Both the position numbers and the translations under genes were made by a program. A stretch of 64,000 nucleotides of DNA. Origin: Rhizodiscina lignyota. Lineage: Eukaryota. The stretch is taken from contig ML978128.1 in NCBI GenBank assembly GCA_010015805.1, positions 1,550,001 through 1,614,000 on the forward strand, written 5' to 3'. Below the pieces are notes generated by a model. It saw only the letters and a list, made by a program, of their open reading frames with translations. It had not been told where the DNA came from and searched no databases. Positions 33,565 through 44,935 of the stretch are shown piece by piece (the stretch's first letter is position 1; every line of letters starts with the position of its first letter).

Positions 33565-35544
33565 ATGGATGTTATTTCTTCTCCATCCACATATACAGCA
33601 CTATTCATCTTTGCGCTCTTTGTCTTGTCGATCGCAGTACCACTTTTCTTTTTCGGGACGTTTTGGAAACCTCACTTCCAATATTCGGCGCTGGACGACG
33701 GAACATCTCAGATCAGACTGCTTACGCTTCTACCCAGTAGTCAGAGGCGTGCCACGATCCACTGTACCCTTGTTCCTGCAAAGCTTAAGGAAGGACTGAA
33801 ATATGAAGCTCTCTCATACACATGGGGAGAGCCGAGACTTGTGAAGTCGATCGAGCTCAACGGCCGTTTATTCAGGGTCACCAAGAGCCTGCATGCCGCT
33901 CTGCGCCATCTGCGAGATGCCAGAAACCCTCGAGTTCTATGGATCGACGCTGTATGCATCAATCAAAAAGACGATGCTGAAAAGTCTAAACAAGTGGCCA
34001 GAATGGCAGACATTTACAGAACGGCGTCTCGTGTCCTTGCGTGGCTTGGCTCTTCTACCAATGATAGCGATTTGGCGGTCTTGACGCTCCAACGTCTAGA
34101 GCAGGTGACCAAAGTCCTCCAGAAATACGGCAAGGAATGGAATGAAGACAGATCTCAGCTATTCATTAAGCGAACACTCAACGAACTAGCTGATGGCGAT
34201 ATCCAAACCGCTTTCCAACTGATGCCTAACGAAACCCCGGAGCAAGGACAGCGGAGGCTCTCTGATCGCAATCATGCGTACGCGTATTACAGCCGAAAAT
34301 GCAAGGCCGTCATTGCTCTCCTCTCTAGGCCCTGGTGGGATCGAGTCTGGATCATTCAAGAATTTATCCTGGCGCAGGAGGTGGTCTTCCAATGTGGCGA
34401 CTCTTTTTTCAAGAGAAACACTCTCGACGCCGCCAAGTTCGCCCTTGATATTTGGACTGATCGATTTCCGTTGGCCGATCGAGGTCGTTATTCTGCACTG
34501 AAAGATGCATTGATGCACATAGGCCTTTTGAAATCCGTCAAAGATCAGCACGAATCAACTTCAGCCGACGAACATGATCTGTGGATGGGCAGATTATCAA
34601 ACAAATCTCTGCTCTACTTGATCAGCCATTTGGCTACTCGTCAATGTGGCGACCCCCGAGATCACATTTTCGGCGTCCTAAGTTTATCAGAAGATGAGCT
34701 TGTTAAGCACAATTTACCAGATTATAGCATGAAGCCTGCGCTGGTGTTTATCAAATTTGCAAGGACTTGGATTGAGCATAAGAAGAACCTTGACATCCTC
34801 GGTCTCTGCCCTGATCGTGTATTCGAATTGTCAGGGCAGCGAGGAGCGCGATTTTCATGGGTTCCTTGCTGGGATTCCGTTCCACGGTCGACTATCATTA
34901 AGAAAGCTATCGAAATTGGGAGGCGTATGTACTCAGCAGGGCCGCCAAGCATCTCGGACAATCCATTCGATCCTGGAAAGCCAGCGATTCTCTCCGTTCA
35001 AGGCTTTTGCTTCGACAAAATCGGCATCCTTGGAGATTGCTATCCGCATCGTGAGCGTGGCGAAGCGACAAACGCCAACATTATCCGGCACTGGTGGAAG
35101 ATCGCAGAGAGAGTTTCGCCAAGTCTTTATGAATTCTGGCTCACGATCGGTGCTGACCTCTATTTGGGACAAGTCCGCAATGGGCCACAGGAGAGACAGA
35201 ACCTTCAACAGCGTATCGACGCCCTATTCACTTTAGGAGATCCGTGGAGCGCCCTTGCCAACGATCTAATGCATGCAAGCCTTCTCTGGGAATGCGTTGG
35301 AAACAAGGGCTTACATTTTTCAATTTCTTTGTGCGGCCGCATGTGCATGGTTCCTGATGCTGCAGAACCTGGCGATCTCCTCTGCATCCTGTTTGGTGCA
35401 CAGACTCCCTTTGTGCTCCGTCCATTCAAACCTGGCGTCTACAGATTGATCGGAGAGTGCTATGTTCACGGCGTCATGGATGGCGAAGCCATGCTGTTGC
35501 ACAAGAACGGCGATTTTGAGAAGAATACCTTTCACATTTATTAA
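33565..35544 (+). CDS. HET-domain (HET-6-like) heterokaryon incompatibility protein with N-terminal hydrophobic helix
   Basis: IRLLTLLP, YEALSYTWG, LWIDAVCINQKDDAEKSKQVARMADIY, WWDRVWIIQE, DPRDHIFGVLSL, SWVPCW, GDLLCILFGAQTPFVLR..LIGECYVHGVMDGE. Confidence 0.9.
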   Translation: MDVISSPSTYTALFIFALFVLSIAVPLFFFGTFWKPHFQYSALDDGTSQIRLLTLLPSSQRRATIHCTLVPAKLKEGLKYEALSYTWGEPRLVKSIELNGRLFRVTKSLHAALRHLRDARNPRVLWIDAVCINQKDDAEKSKQVARMADIYRTASRVLAWLGSSTNDSDLAVLTLQRLEQVTKVLQKYGKEWNEDRSQLFIKRTLNELADGDIQTAFQLMPNETPEQGQRRLSDRNHAYAYYSRKCKAVIALLSRPWWDRVWIIQEFILAQEVVFQCGDSFFKRNTLDAAKFALDIWTDRFPLADRGRYSALKDALMHIGLLKSVKDQHESTSADEHDLWMGRLSNKSLLYLISHLATRQCGDPRDHIFGVLSLSEDELVKHNLPDYSMKPALVFIKFARTWIEHKKNLDILGLCPDRVFELSGQRGARFSWVPCWDSVPRSTIIKKAIEIGRRMYSAGPPSISDNPFDPGKPAILSVQGFCFDKIGILGDCYPHRERGEATNANIIRHWWKIAERVSPSLYEFWLTIGADLYLGQVRNGPQERQNLQQRIDALFTLGDPWSALANDLMHASLLWECVGNKGLHFSISLCGRMCMVPDAAEPGDLLCILFGAQTPFVLRPFKPGVYRLIGECYVHGVMDGEAMLLHKNGDFEKNTFHIY

Positions 35545-37125
35545 TTGTTCGACACATGGGTCATATAATCGTCTTACAGAGCGCTTGTGAGTATGATCTT
35601 AGGATTCGTGCACCGCATTTGATGCAAGATTCAAGCTCATCTCTGTCAGATATCAGACGCGTCGCTTTGATTGTCGCACGCGAATTGCGAGATTCTGTTC
35701 CGTTGTACGACTGCGGCTGTCCCAGATCCGGTACCCTTCGCAATGTTGAGTTGCTCTTGTACGCTCGGCAGATAATAACTGGTACACTGTGTCAAGAATC
35801 GTGGTATGTGGCTCTACTGGCGTAACATCCGTGTTTCGACGTCCTCGTCCCGCGGGTACCAATAATCCCGCAACTCAGTGCTTCTCTTTGATTATGTTTG
35901 TACCTGTCTGTTCTCATGTAAGCTGCGAAGCTCTTTCGAGGTCATCGCCAAAAATGTTGTCTCAACACATCCACCACCTCTCCTCAACCACATTATCTGC
36001 TATAATGCTGCTTCAGAAGGCATACGCGATAACCATCTTGTCTAGCTACCAGTTCGGGTGCTGTTCCTGCTAAAGGCCTGTCGTGATGGAAGGTTTCTTT
36101 CATTTATGGCTGGGAAATTGAGCGTAAGAAGAAGCTGACGCTGTCGCGCCAACCAGCTACTCTTTAGCTTATGAGAATCTCTCTGGGGCTCTCTTTGAGA
36201 GGTGTGCCGCAGAATTACGTACGTTGAGCAGAGAATATTGCAGCCCAGATAGAGTTAACGCATCGCAGGCGCGGAAGACCTGAAACGGACTAATGAGATA
36301 GTCATCGGGAGCCGTTTCCATCACAGCGTCCTTATCCATATCTGGATGAAGCCAAGTTGGGTTCGATCGAGCACACCGCGCTGAGTACTAATAATTGAAC
36401 GTTGGTGATATGTCGGAGTGTGTAATTCTCCAGCGAGCGTGCTCTTTGTCAGTCAAATTGAGCCCTTTAAAGCAAGCAGTGGAAGCACCAGATATTTCTA
36501 CGGAATCTCAACTCCTCGATAAATATCAAAACAGTTGAAGAAGTGGTGCGTCGGGAGTTTCCGAGTGCGCACGAGCTCACAATCGCCGCCAGCATTAGCA
36601 TGTCAATTCATGACAAACGAATTTAGGGATCTCAGACTTCCTTACTTTTTAAAACTGCACACTGGAACTGTGAGCCGTGGCACATGCGAATATAACTGGA
36701 TCGTATTCGATGCTCTATGTGTAGCGTCTGACTATATGATCTTGGCTTACGAGATCAGTGTAATTCCGTGGACTCTGAGACGTCAGCGTATCTGGCTTAT
36801 TGGACTGTGGTACCTACTTGGTCAAGTGCCAGAGGCCCTTGGCTATAAGAGAAATTAGCTCGAAGGCTTGTTGTATGGGTGAACGGAGCACCATCGTGAT
36901 TTACGGAGCATCGTCGTCTTCAGTCTGCGCCAATTCTGATACACCATCCACCATCCTCTTTCCGCCGGCCATATAAGCAAATAGTCATTGCCATTTTCTT
37001 GCTCCCCTCTCTGCTCTCGTCTACACTTGCTTCTCTCTCGCGCACGCTCCCACGTCTCCCTTCCCACAAAGAAATAACCATCAGGCTTGCTGTCTGCATG
37101 CCAACTTCTTCTTCCTCAAAGCAAC

Positions 37126-37467
37126 ATGTTAGTTACCAAGATCTCTGCTGCAGCAGCCATCTCGCTGCTCGCGATGTTACGAGGCGTATATGGCGCGCCA
37201 TCACCAGGTACGCGTTTCGCGATCGAGCCTCCTTCTTTTGCGCTGCCAGAACATACGGCCACAAGGATTGAAGCTAAAGCTCTTCTCCAATTAGAACCAG
37301 CGGTCGCTCCGCGCCAGTTCACCGGCATTGCTGGTCCATTCCCTCCAGGACCCCCCAGCAACAGCAAACTTTGCAAGAATCCCAATGAGCCAGACAGTAC
37401 GCGGTCCCTCCCTCTGCGATACGATATTATTAACACGAGACTTCCAGCATGTATTGGCTTCAACTGA
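37126..37467 (+). CDS. Possible small secreted protein (or pseudogene)
   Basis: Signal-peptide-like MLVTKISAAAAISLLAMLRGVYG|APSP, a Pro-rich middle and a possible 51-nt intron at 37397-37447. A Cys-rich segment lies out of frame downstream. Confidence 0.35.
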   Translation: MLVTKISAAAAISLLAMLRGVYGAPSPGTRFAIEPPSFALPEHTATRIEAKALLQLEPAVAPRQFTGIAGPFPPGPPSNSKLCKNPNEPDSTRSLPLRYDIINTRLPACIGFN

Positions 37468-37891
37468 ACGAGCCCCCAGAGAGTATGTTTACTGTGGCGG
37501 CGGGTGTGGTTCTTCATGTAACGCATGAGTTTAGCGGATAAGGTGGCCTAAAGTCCACATTAGCGCTTGTGGATAGTCTCAGCACAGTAAAGGAAATAGC
37601 CTCGCCGTCCACTCAAATACCTCCCTCTGGCTCTTAAGGAACGCCCATGGTACGTCGGTTCGCAAGTTCGAACCAGTGGAACTTGACGAGTTTTGCTGCT
37701 CAGCACAACGAGAGCAAACGAGAGAACCTCTGAAAGCACGACTTGAGATGGTTGAGACGATACTTATCAAGAACACACAGTGGTTTGAACATCGTTTGTC
37801 ATTTTAACCTGCAAAGGCAGGCACTCATCTTGACTACTGTCGTAACTCAACTTCACCTTATGCCATCGGCACCTCGTAACTCAACTTCGCC

Positions 37892-40336
37892 TTATGCCAT
37901 CGCTACGTCGTCTTTCTCGTCATCCGAATCCGCAAACATATCGACCGCTTTTGGCCTCTGTCGCCTTGCTCTTGCAGCGCTGCTCAAGCTATCTGCAGCC
38001 TCTGCAGTGCCTGTCGTGCCTGTCGTGCCTGTCGTGCCTGTTCCGGATTCTGTAGCAGTAGCATCGACTTCTTCCTTCGTCTGGATCTCAACATCATCAC
38101 CCACCATTGGTTCATCAACGTCATCTTCCACCATCGGCTCTCCATCCACATCCGAATCAGCCATGGGCACCCCATCAACGTCCTCATCCATCGGCTCTCC
38201 ATCCACATTGTCGTCTTGCTGAGCGCCGTCCTTCTTCGCGTCGCCCTCCACACTTCTCCATTTGCTCTTCGCCGCCCACTCTCTCTCTTCCCTTGCCCTC
38301 TCCTTCTCTTCTTCCGCCTTCTGTTCCTCCGCCGTCAATGGCGGATTGTTGAAGGCATTTGTGAACTCCTCATGTACGTTTTGCGAGAACACGCACCATC
38401 CTTCCCACAACGTCAGCACGACGTTGACAGCACGCTTCCACTTCTCCGCACGGAGTCGGCCCCAGTTCAGATCCTTCTCCAGTCGGCCTAATTTCTCGAA
38501 GACCTTGTGCGCTCGGAGTGCGGATTCGAATACTTGGCGATAGCGCCAAGCATGGCGGACACCAGCAGTTGAGGACGCGGAGAGGATGTCAGATACAAGG
38601 TATATGCCGATGAGTTTCGGAGAAGATGGGTCGTCCTTTGGGTCCTTCTCAAGATCGTCTCCGCCACCTGAATGCTCATCACCTGCCTCGCCTTGTGCTG
38701 CAGTCTTGTGGTTTGGATTTGCGGCGGTCCAACAGAATGGCTTTGCGATGTTCCACATTAGCATCTCGACAACCTCGTCCGCTGCATGGGCGTTCTCTAT
38801 TGCGAATCCCATAACTCTCGCCACATCCCCTCTGCGTAGCCTGGCCGTTGAATCAGGTAGGCGGCCAAGTAGCCATGCAAGTTGAGCTCTCTTCAAGGGA
38901 CCCAGATAGTTCTTTTCCGACTCCTGCATGTCCGTCGCATCAGGCACCGGGCCACCTCTCTCACGACGCCTTTTACGTTCGTCGTCTGACTCTTCTTCTT
39001 CTGAAGAATCGTAGTCGGAATCTGAGACGAGCTCGTCTAACCTCGTCGCGAACTCAAACTGCAGCCCATCCTTCTTCGACGGTGGCTGCCATGCCGGGCC
39101 AGTATCGAATATCATCACTTTGTCTTGTACGCGCTTCGTTTTATCAGGCTCCCACTCGGTCAAGATTTTCCATAGCTGCCAGCGGTACCACACACCCCCA
39201 GTGCTGCGTGCATCCCATATCCAAGACCACTTCTCTTCCTGCTGGACCTCGGGACGACTCATGAGTAACGCCTCAAACTCCGCGCCATGCTTGATAACCC
39301 GTTCGACGGTCATGTGGATCATTCGGATTTCCTTGATGTCTGAAGGTGCCTTGACGTGCACTACCGCCTCATAGAGATCTCTGTTGGGTTGGCCAGATCC
39401 GCCATATGATGCAGGAGGGGCAAAGCTGTTGCGAGGTCCACCCGGTGGGGGGACACGACCCATTCCACCAGCAGGACCTTTGTAGACCAGCTTGGCACCG
39501 AAAGGAAGAGATCGTGAGGCAGTCGAGAGATTAGTCAGGCCTGTTGTGCTATCGAGAGCCGCAGAAGACAGGTGTCGAGATATGCCTAGATAGTAGCCAA
39601 AACCTAAATAACGGTTCTGCAGTGCGCTCACTATCTTGTCGATCTCGCTGCCCGGCGTGTCCTTCGTGAGTGTTACGATGGCTGTCTGTGATTTCCTTTC
39701 TGTCGACGCGGGACCTGATGGAGGCAGGATTCGAACTCCTTCGACCGGCACTCTGTTCGATATCAAGGCCTTGATCTCCGCTTGTGTCATTTGGGGTGGC
39801 AGTTGTGTGAGCTGCACTGTCGGCTTTGCACGTTCTGAAGCCTGTAAGTCTGCAGCACTCTTCTCTTCATCATCTGATGCGCGAAAAGGAGCTTGACCAT
39901 CATCATCATCATCATCGAACCCCAAGATCGCAGCTTTACCCTTATTACTTTCTTGTTGGAAACCATCGTAACGCCGTTTGTTTGACAGACTCGGCAGCGG
40001 TCCTAAAGTTCCTGGCCCACTATTCGCACTCTTTGGACCAGTCGACACGAAGTGCCTCTTAGGTCCTCCTCCACTACCTGCAAAGGCGCCTCTTGTTCCA
40101 CGACTTGATGGTGGCGCATTGTTTCCCTTCCCAGGTCCAGAGCCAGGCTTTGACAGCGAGTCGTCATCATCTACTTCGAAGGCTGCGACGAAACTCTTGA
40201 GGGCGGCGGCGGTCTCAGCTTCTTCGCGCAAACGTTTCGCGTTCGCTTCCTCTTTTTGACGTTCGAAGAGAGACTTTTTAACGGGAGCGGCAAGTTTGTC
40301 CGAAAGATCGGGGAATGCTTTGGTTGGGTCCGACAT
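37892..40336 (-). CDS. U2 snRNP-associated SURP-motif protein (SR140/U2SURP homologue): RRM-like, SURP, CID domains
   Basis: KKSLFERQKEEA, SURP (MIHMTVERVIKHGAEFEALLM..WYRWQLW), CID (ARVMGFAIENAHAADEVV..IYLVSDILS..AWRYR..WEGWCVF) and C-terminal DVDGEPM-type repeats. Confidence 0.85.
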   Translation of the reverse strand: MSDPTKAFPDLSDKLAAPVKKSLFERQKEEANAKRLREEAETAAALKSFVAAFEVDDDDSLSKPGSGPGKGNNAPPSSRGTRGAFAGSGGGPKRHFVSTGPKSANSGPGTLGPLPSLSNKRRYDGFQQESNKGKAAILGFDDDDDDGQAPFRASDDEEKSAADLQASERAKPTVQLTQLPPQMTQAEIKALISNRVPVEGVRILPPSGPASTERKSQTAIVTLTKDTPGSEIDKIVSALQNRYLGFGYYLGISRHLSSAALDSTTGLTNLSTASRSLPFGAKLVYKGPAGGMGRVPPPGGPRNSFAPPASYGGSGQPNRDLYEAVVHVKAPSDIKEIRMIHMTVERVIKHGAEFEALLMSRPEVQQEEKWSWIWDARSTGGVWYRWQLWKILTEWEPDKTKRVQDKVMIFDTGPAWQPPSKKDGLQFEFATRLDELVSDSDYDSSEEEESDDERKRRRERGGPVPDATDMQESEKNYLGPLKRAQLAWLLGRLPDSTARLRRGDVARVMGFAIENAHAADEVVEMLMWNIAKPFCWTAANPNHKTAAQGEAGDEHSGGGDDLEKDPKDDPSSPKLIGIYLVSDILSASSTAGVRHAWRYRQVFESALRAHKVFEKLGRLEKDLNWGRLRAEKWKRAVNVVLTLWEGWCVFSQNVHEEFTNAFNNPPLTAEEQKAEEEKERAREEREWAAKSKWRSVEGDAKKDGAQQDDNVDGEPMDEDVDGVPMADSDVDGEPMVEDDVDEPMVGDDVEIQTKEEVDATATESGTGTTGTTGTTGTAEAADSLSSAARARRQRPKAVDMFADSDDEKDDVAMA
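38007..38042. repeat. 9-bp tandem repeat (GTGCCTGTC)x4 encoding Thr-Thr-Gly repeats
   Basis: gtgcctgtc gtgcctgtc gtgcctgtc gtgcctgtt, within the SR140-like C-terminus. Confidence 0.9.
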
Positions 40337-41178
40337 TTTGTCGAGCGAAAGGGCCTCTCGAAGCTCTTAGCATGTTGCGTTAAGTGAATGTGGTGCAGTA
40401 CTTACAAACCCTGAGATCGAGGCTGGTGAGGTGCGCGCCTTGATTTATAAATCTGGACACGCGCCCACAGTTCCGCAATCAGACTTGTTAACAATTCAAT
40501 TCAGTTTTCTGAAAGGTGTTCTGGTGATGTGAAGCTCGAACTGCGAGGTGTGTGATGTAGTTCGCTAGTCTGTTTATAGCAATATATTTCGGCGCGTCGC
40601 GCCAAGCCTGTGCTATGCCGCAGTTTTTCCGCGATCTGCACTAGGATTCCAGACTAGCTCGATCGTACTTTGCAACCAATCATGTGCCGTGGCGCCACTT
40701 TCGCGAATGTGCTTCTCCACGATTGCGACTAAGCTATAGCAGTTTGCATTTCCCAAGCCTTTCAAGAAACTGCCAAGAAACATGCTACAAAGATTACATT
40801 GCAGGTGATTCCGGATATAACGCGGAATATTCACTTCTCTTCGACTTAAATTGCGTTCCTAAGCGCAATCGCAATGCTTCAGTAGATACCGAACGGACCC
40901 ACTCGGAGATACTTATAAATCCTTTGGATGAATTGACGTAGAACTGTATGCTGAGATCGATCTCTTGATCGATCAATACTATGCTCTTATGTATGATATG
41001 TTTCTACTCCGTAATGACGCCCCATCGGCAAATGCCGCTTGAGCTCGGGACAGGATACCCAGCTTCTCCGAGCTTCGTCCTTCTTACGAAACTTCCCAAA
41101 TGTCAAGAGAATGTAAATAGACATCAATTGGACGTGGAGCTCCCTGGAGATACTGTCGTACTGAGTCAAGCTTGAACA

Positions 41179-42118
41179 ATGTCCCTTCTTCGCTTCTCCA
41201 AACCAGTCCTAGCACCAAGTATTCCCCGCATTGTCCGCCCGTCGATAGCTTCACGAGCCCGATTCTACTCGACAGACCTCCCTTCATACGAGCTTCTGAA
41301 GACGAGCTTCCCTAAGAATGGCGTTGGTCTAAGTACTTCATAACTCCGCCGTCTCGTGATCTCGCACCAGCTGACTATGCAATGCAGTCACTCTTAACCG
41401 TCCCAAGGCTCTCAATGCTCTCTCTTCTCCTCTCTTCCTCGAACTTAACGATGCCCTCAAAAGACTTGATGCCGACAAATCTATTGGCGCCATTGTCCTT
41501 ACTGGAAGCGAACGCGCCTTCGCTGCTGGCGCCGACATCAAGGAAATGAAGGACATCACCTTCAGCGAGGCGTATGGCGGTGACTTTATCGAGATGTGGA
41601 GCAATATGGCGTTTCAGATCAAAAAGCCTGTAATTAGCGCTGTAAACGGGTATGCGCTGGGCGGAGGCTGCGAGCTCGCCATGATGGCGGATATAATGTA
41701 TTGCAGCAAGGGCGCAACATTTGGCCAGCCAGAGATCAAGCTGGGCGTCATCCCAGGCGCGGGTGGAAGCCAGAGACTCACGAAGGCGATTGGGAAGAGC
41801 AAGGCCATGGAACTGATTCTGACTGGGGACAACTTCAGTGGAACCCAGGCTGAGCAATGGGGCCTGGCAGCCAAAGTGTTTGAGACACCGGAAGAGTGCG
41901 TAAATGGGGCGTTGACATTGGCGGAGAAGATTGCGTCCTACAGCAGGATAGCTGTTAAGGCGGGCAAGGAGGTAGTCAACAAGAGCCAAGAGTTGGGAGT
42001 ACGAGAAGGTGTTGAGTTTGAGAGAAGAGTATTCCATGGGCTGTTCGGCTCGAAGGATCAGAAGATTGGCATGACGGCCTTTGCGGAGAAGAAAAAGCCT
42101 GAGTGGTCACACGAATAG
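41179..42118 (+). CDS. Enoyl-CoA hydratase, mitochondrial (crotonase family); intron 41333-41387
   Basis: Presequence MSLLRFSKPVLAPSIPRIVRPSIASRARFYS; ITLNRPKALNAL, FAAGADIKEM, GYALGGGCELAMMADI, FGQPEIKLGVIPGAGGSQRL. Confidence 0.93.
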
Positions 42119-42593
42119 ATGTGTTTGTGTAAAATATACATGTACAAAAGATCATATTCGCGAAAAAGTTAATTACCATCCCGATTTAAGCAATGGGTGT
42201 GAACTTGACTGAGGGTACCTACGGGAAATATATTGCAAAAAAAGGCATCCCATTGACTGAGCAAGCATATTTCGGCTCATATGTATCCCTTTCTATCCGT
42301 TCATACCCATAATGCCGGCCCACATGAGGCTTCCCAGCTCCACGTGATGTCATTGGGCCGCATGGTGTTGCAGCAGCGCGTCTCCCCGTCGAATCTTCAT
42401 CTTCTCCCGACACGCCGACATGTTCCACAACAGAAAGCCAGTCAACTGACTGAACTGAAAATCTCACTTGTCTGTTTCTGCACATAGCTCGTAAGTGTCT
42501 TTGACTCCATGTTCGCTTGTTTAGATCTTGAAGGCTGCTCCTGATTTTCGTTCCGTCCTTATCACGTCCAGCAGCTGCGAATTAGGACGAGAA

Positions 42594-43760
42594 ATGCAAC
42601 GACGGCTCATGCCTCCGAAGAAGAACCTTCTGCTTTGTTTTGATGCCTTTGGAACTCTGTTTACCCCGCAGCCGTCGGTTCCAGAGCAATATTCAGATGT
42701 GGCTCGCCGACATGGCTTGACCGGTTTCAGCGTCGAAGAATTAAATTCTACTTTTCGCAAAGGTCGGTGTTTATCCCAATGGTTCCCTACAACTTCTGGT
42801 GCGCACTGGAACGTTACATACGCGTTTGCAGACGAGGTGGTCGAGTAATTAGCATATGCTAACTCCACAATCACAGCCTTTAAGGATGAGGCGAAACAAC
42901 ACCCTAATTATGGCAAGTCTGTTGGCATGAAACCGCCGCAATGGTGGGCGAACGTATGTTCATAATATCCAAATACCCTATTCAACTACACTTATCCATG
43001 ATAGATAATATCCAAAACGTTTCAACCGTTCCTGAAGCCACAACAAACACTGCCCTCGCAACTAATTCCTGACCTGATTCACCGCTTCTCTTCAAAAGAT
43101 GGCTATCGGATTTTCGAAGATGTCCTGCCCTTCTTTACAATGCTTCGGACCAATAAAGAGCACCTAAGGAGCCTGGATCAGCATTTTCCACCACCAAGCA
43201 TCGATCCCGAATTATCGGCTCAGTGGCCATGGCAAAAAACTGTCGTAGGCATCATCACAAATTCTGATGATAGGATCCCTGACATCCTTTCGTCCTTTGG
43301 ATTGAACATCGGCCATAGACGTGTAGGCGCGAGACAAGGCGAGATTGCCAAAGCAGACATCGCCGAGGATGTGAGCTTCGTAGTTATAAGCTACGATGCC
43401 GGATTCGAGAAGCCGGATCCACGAATCTTTGGCGCCGCAGTGGGGATGCTTGAAGAGTGTCTTGCGGCAGAAGCTGCCAGAGACGGAAGTGTGGCCAGTA
43501 GCGATGGATTTGAGAAACTGTACGTGGGTGACGAGGTGCTGAAAGACGCGGTTGGTGCGTCGAAAGCTGGTTGGGATGCCATTTTGCTTGACCGCGAGGG
43601 AAAATTCCATAATGATTTCGAGAAAGAGAAGGAAGCGATCATAACGGTACGGGAAGATCTCACGGACGGGGAGACAGTGGATCTGAAAGTCATTCAAGAC
43701 CTGAGGGACTTGAGATTCTGGATCGCAGAGGAGAGATCGCCGTCACCCGTACCATCCTAA
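42594..43760 (+). CDS. HAD-superfamily hydrolase (HDHD3/REG-2-like); introns about 42763-42876 and 42954-43004
   Basis: Motif I LCFDAFGTL, HPNYG, motif II GIITNSDDR, motif III EKPDPRIF, motif IV YVGDEVLKD. Confidence 0.85.
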
Positions 43761-43771
43761 CTAGTACGGCC

Positions 43772-44935
43772 TCAGGTTACTTTCCGGCGAAGATCGAGGA
43801 TATCGTCGAGCTTGAGTGTGCTCTTGCCGCCCCATCCAGCAACTCCATCTGCAACGGATGGGCGCACCGCCATGTACCAACTCCATGATCGTTTATCAAG
43901 GTCAGTGGGCGACAGTACGGCTGACCATGATTTGTATAATAAGTCGAGAGATTTGAGCAAGTGCCCAAGATTGTTTTCTCGATCCGTTGCTCTGGCGGAT
44001 GCCGACTGTTTCTTCGGAGTGGCATTTGTGTTGCCAGGATCTGGGGCTGTATCGAAAGCCTTCATGATATAAGCGCGTGCAGACTGCGCTGTGTATATCG
44101 GTAAAGCGCCGTTGTTGCTATGCACATGAGCGGTAGCAATAGAACTCGAGTTCTTCTTTAGTGCCTCAAGATCAAGTCCCCAGAGAGCAGGCTCGTCCTC
44201 ACGCTCGACCTCCTTGGCTCGATTGTCATACTTGGGAGATTCATCTTCCTTTGCTTTCTTCCACTCATAACCCCATCTTTTCATGACTCTGATCTCTCTT
44301 CCCATGACGGTAACAACAGGCTGCCCCTCTCCAAATCCTTCTTCCTCCGCGCTCCTGCCACTCTCTAACCCCAAGCTGACAGCCTTACTGCGGCTGTTGA
44401 TGCTCACCACCGCTTGCGCAAGACTCAGTTTACTTGATAAGGGTTGGTCCGGCATTGTATAATTCAGCAGCGTAACCGCGAATGCTAAGACTAGCGGGGC
44501 GCGATTGGTAAAGAGCACGACCTTAGCTAGAGCGTCTTCATCCAAGTTGGACGATGGAAGTGTCAACGAGGCTTCGATGTCCGCTGAACTAGCATCATTT
44601 TCATCCATTGCCACCTTCCGGGCCTTCTTTGGAGGCGATGCAGCATTGACATCGGATGAACCACGCTTCTTCGAGACCCGCTTCGCCGCGTTCAAGACTT
44701 GTTTAGCGAGCTTCTCGTCCCTGAAGATAGTCTGCATCTTCTCCAAATTGGTCTTCGCTAGCGCGTCCACACTATATAGATGGTCAGCTGTATCGCATGC
44801 GAATTGACGCGCGAGTCGGCATTACTCCGCAAGTTCTTCCTTCTGTAGCTCTTTCACCTTCGCCATCGCAGTTGCGAGCGGGACTTTGGCATCTTGCGAC
44901 AGAAAGCGCAGAAGGGCCTGTATCTTGGCCGCCAT
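43772..44935 (-). CDS. Conserved fungal hypothetical protein; intron 44772-44825
   Basis: Exon 1 MAAKIQALLRFLSQDAKVPLATAM splices in frame to the 332-aa ORF, which has TNRAPLVLAFA, SLAQAVVSINSRSKAVSLG and WSWYMAVRP..GWGGK. Confidence 0.75.

Noticed and set aside
38085..38220. DVDGEPM-type repeats as a novel repeat array or CRISPR-like element
   Set aside because: These are coding repeats typical of the SR140/U2SURP C-terminus, with no spacer structure.
41375..42037. 220-aa minus-strand ORF
   Set aside because: Antisense shadow of enoyl-CoA hydratase.
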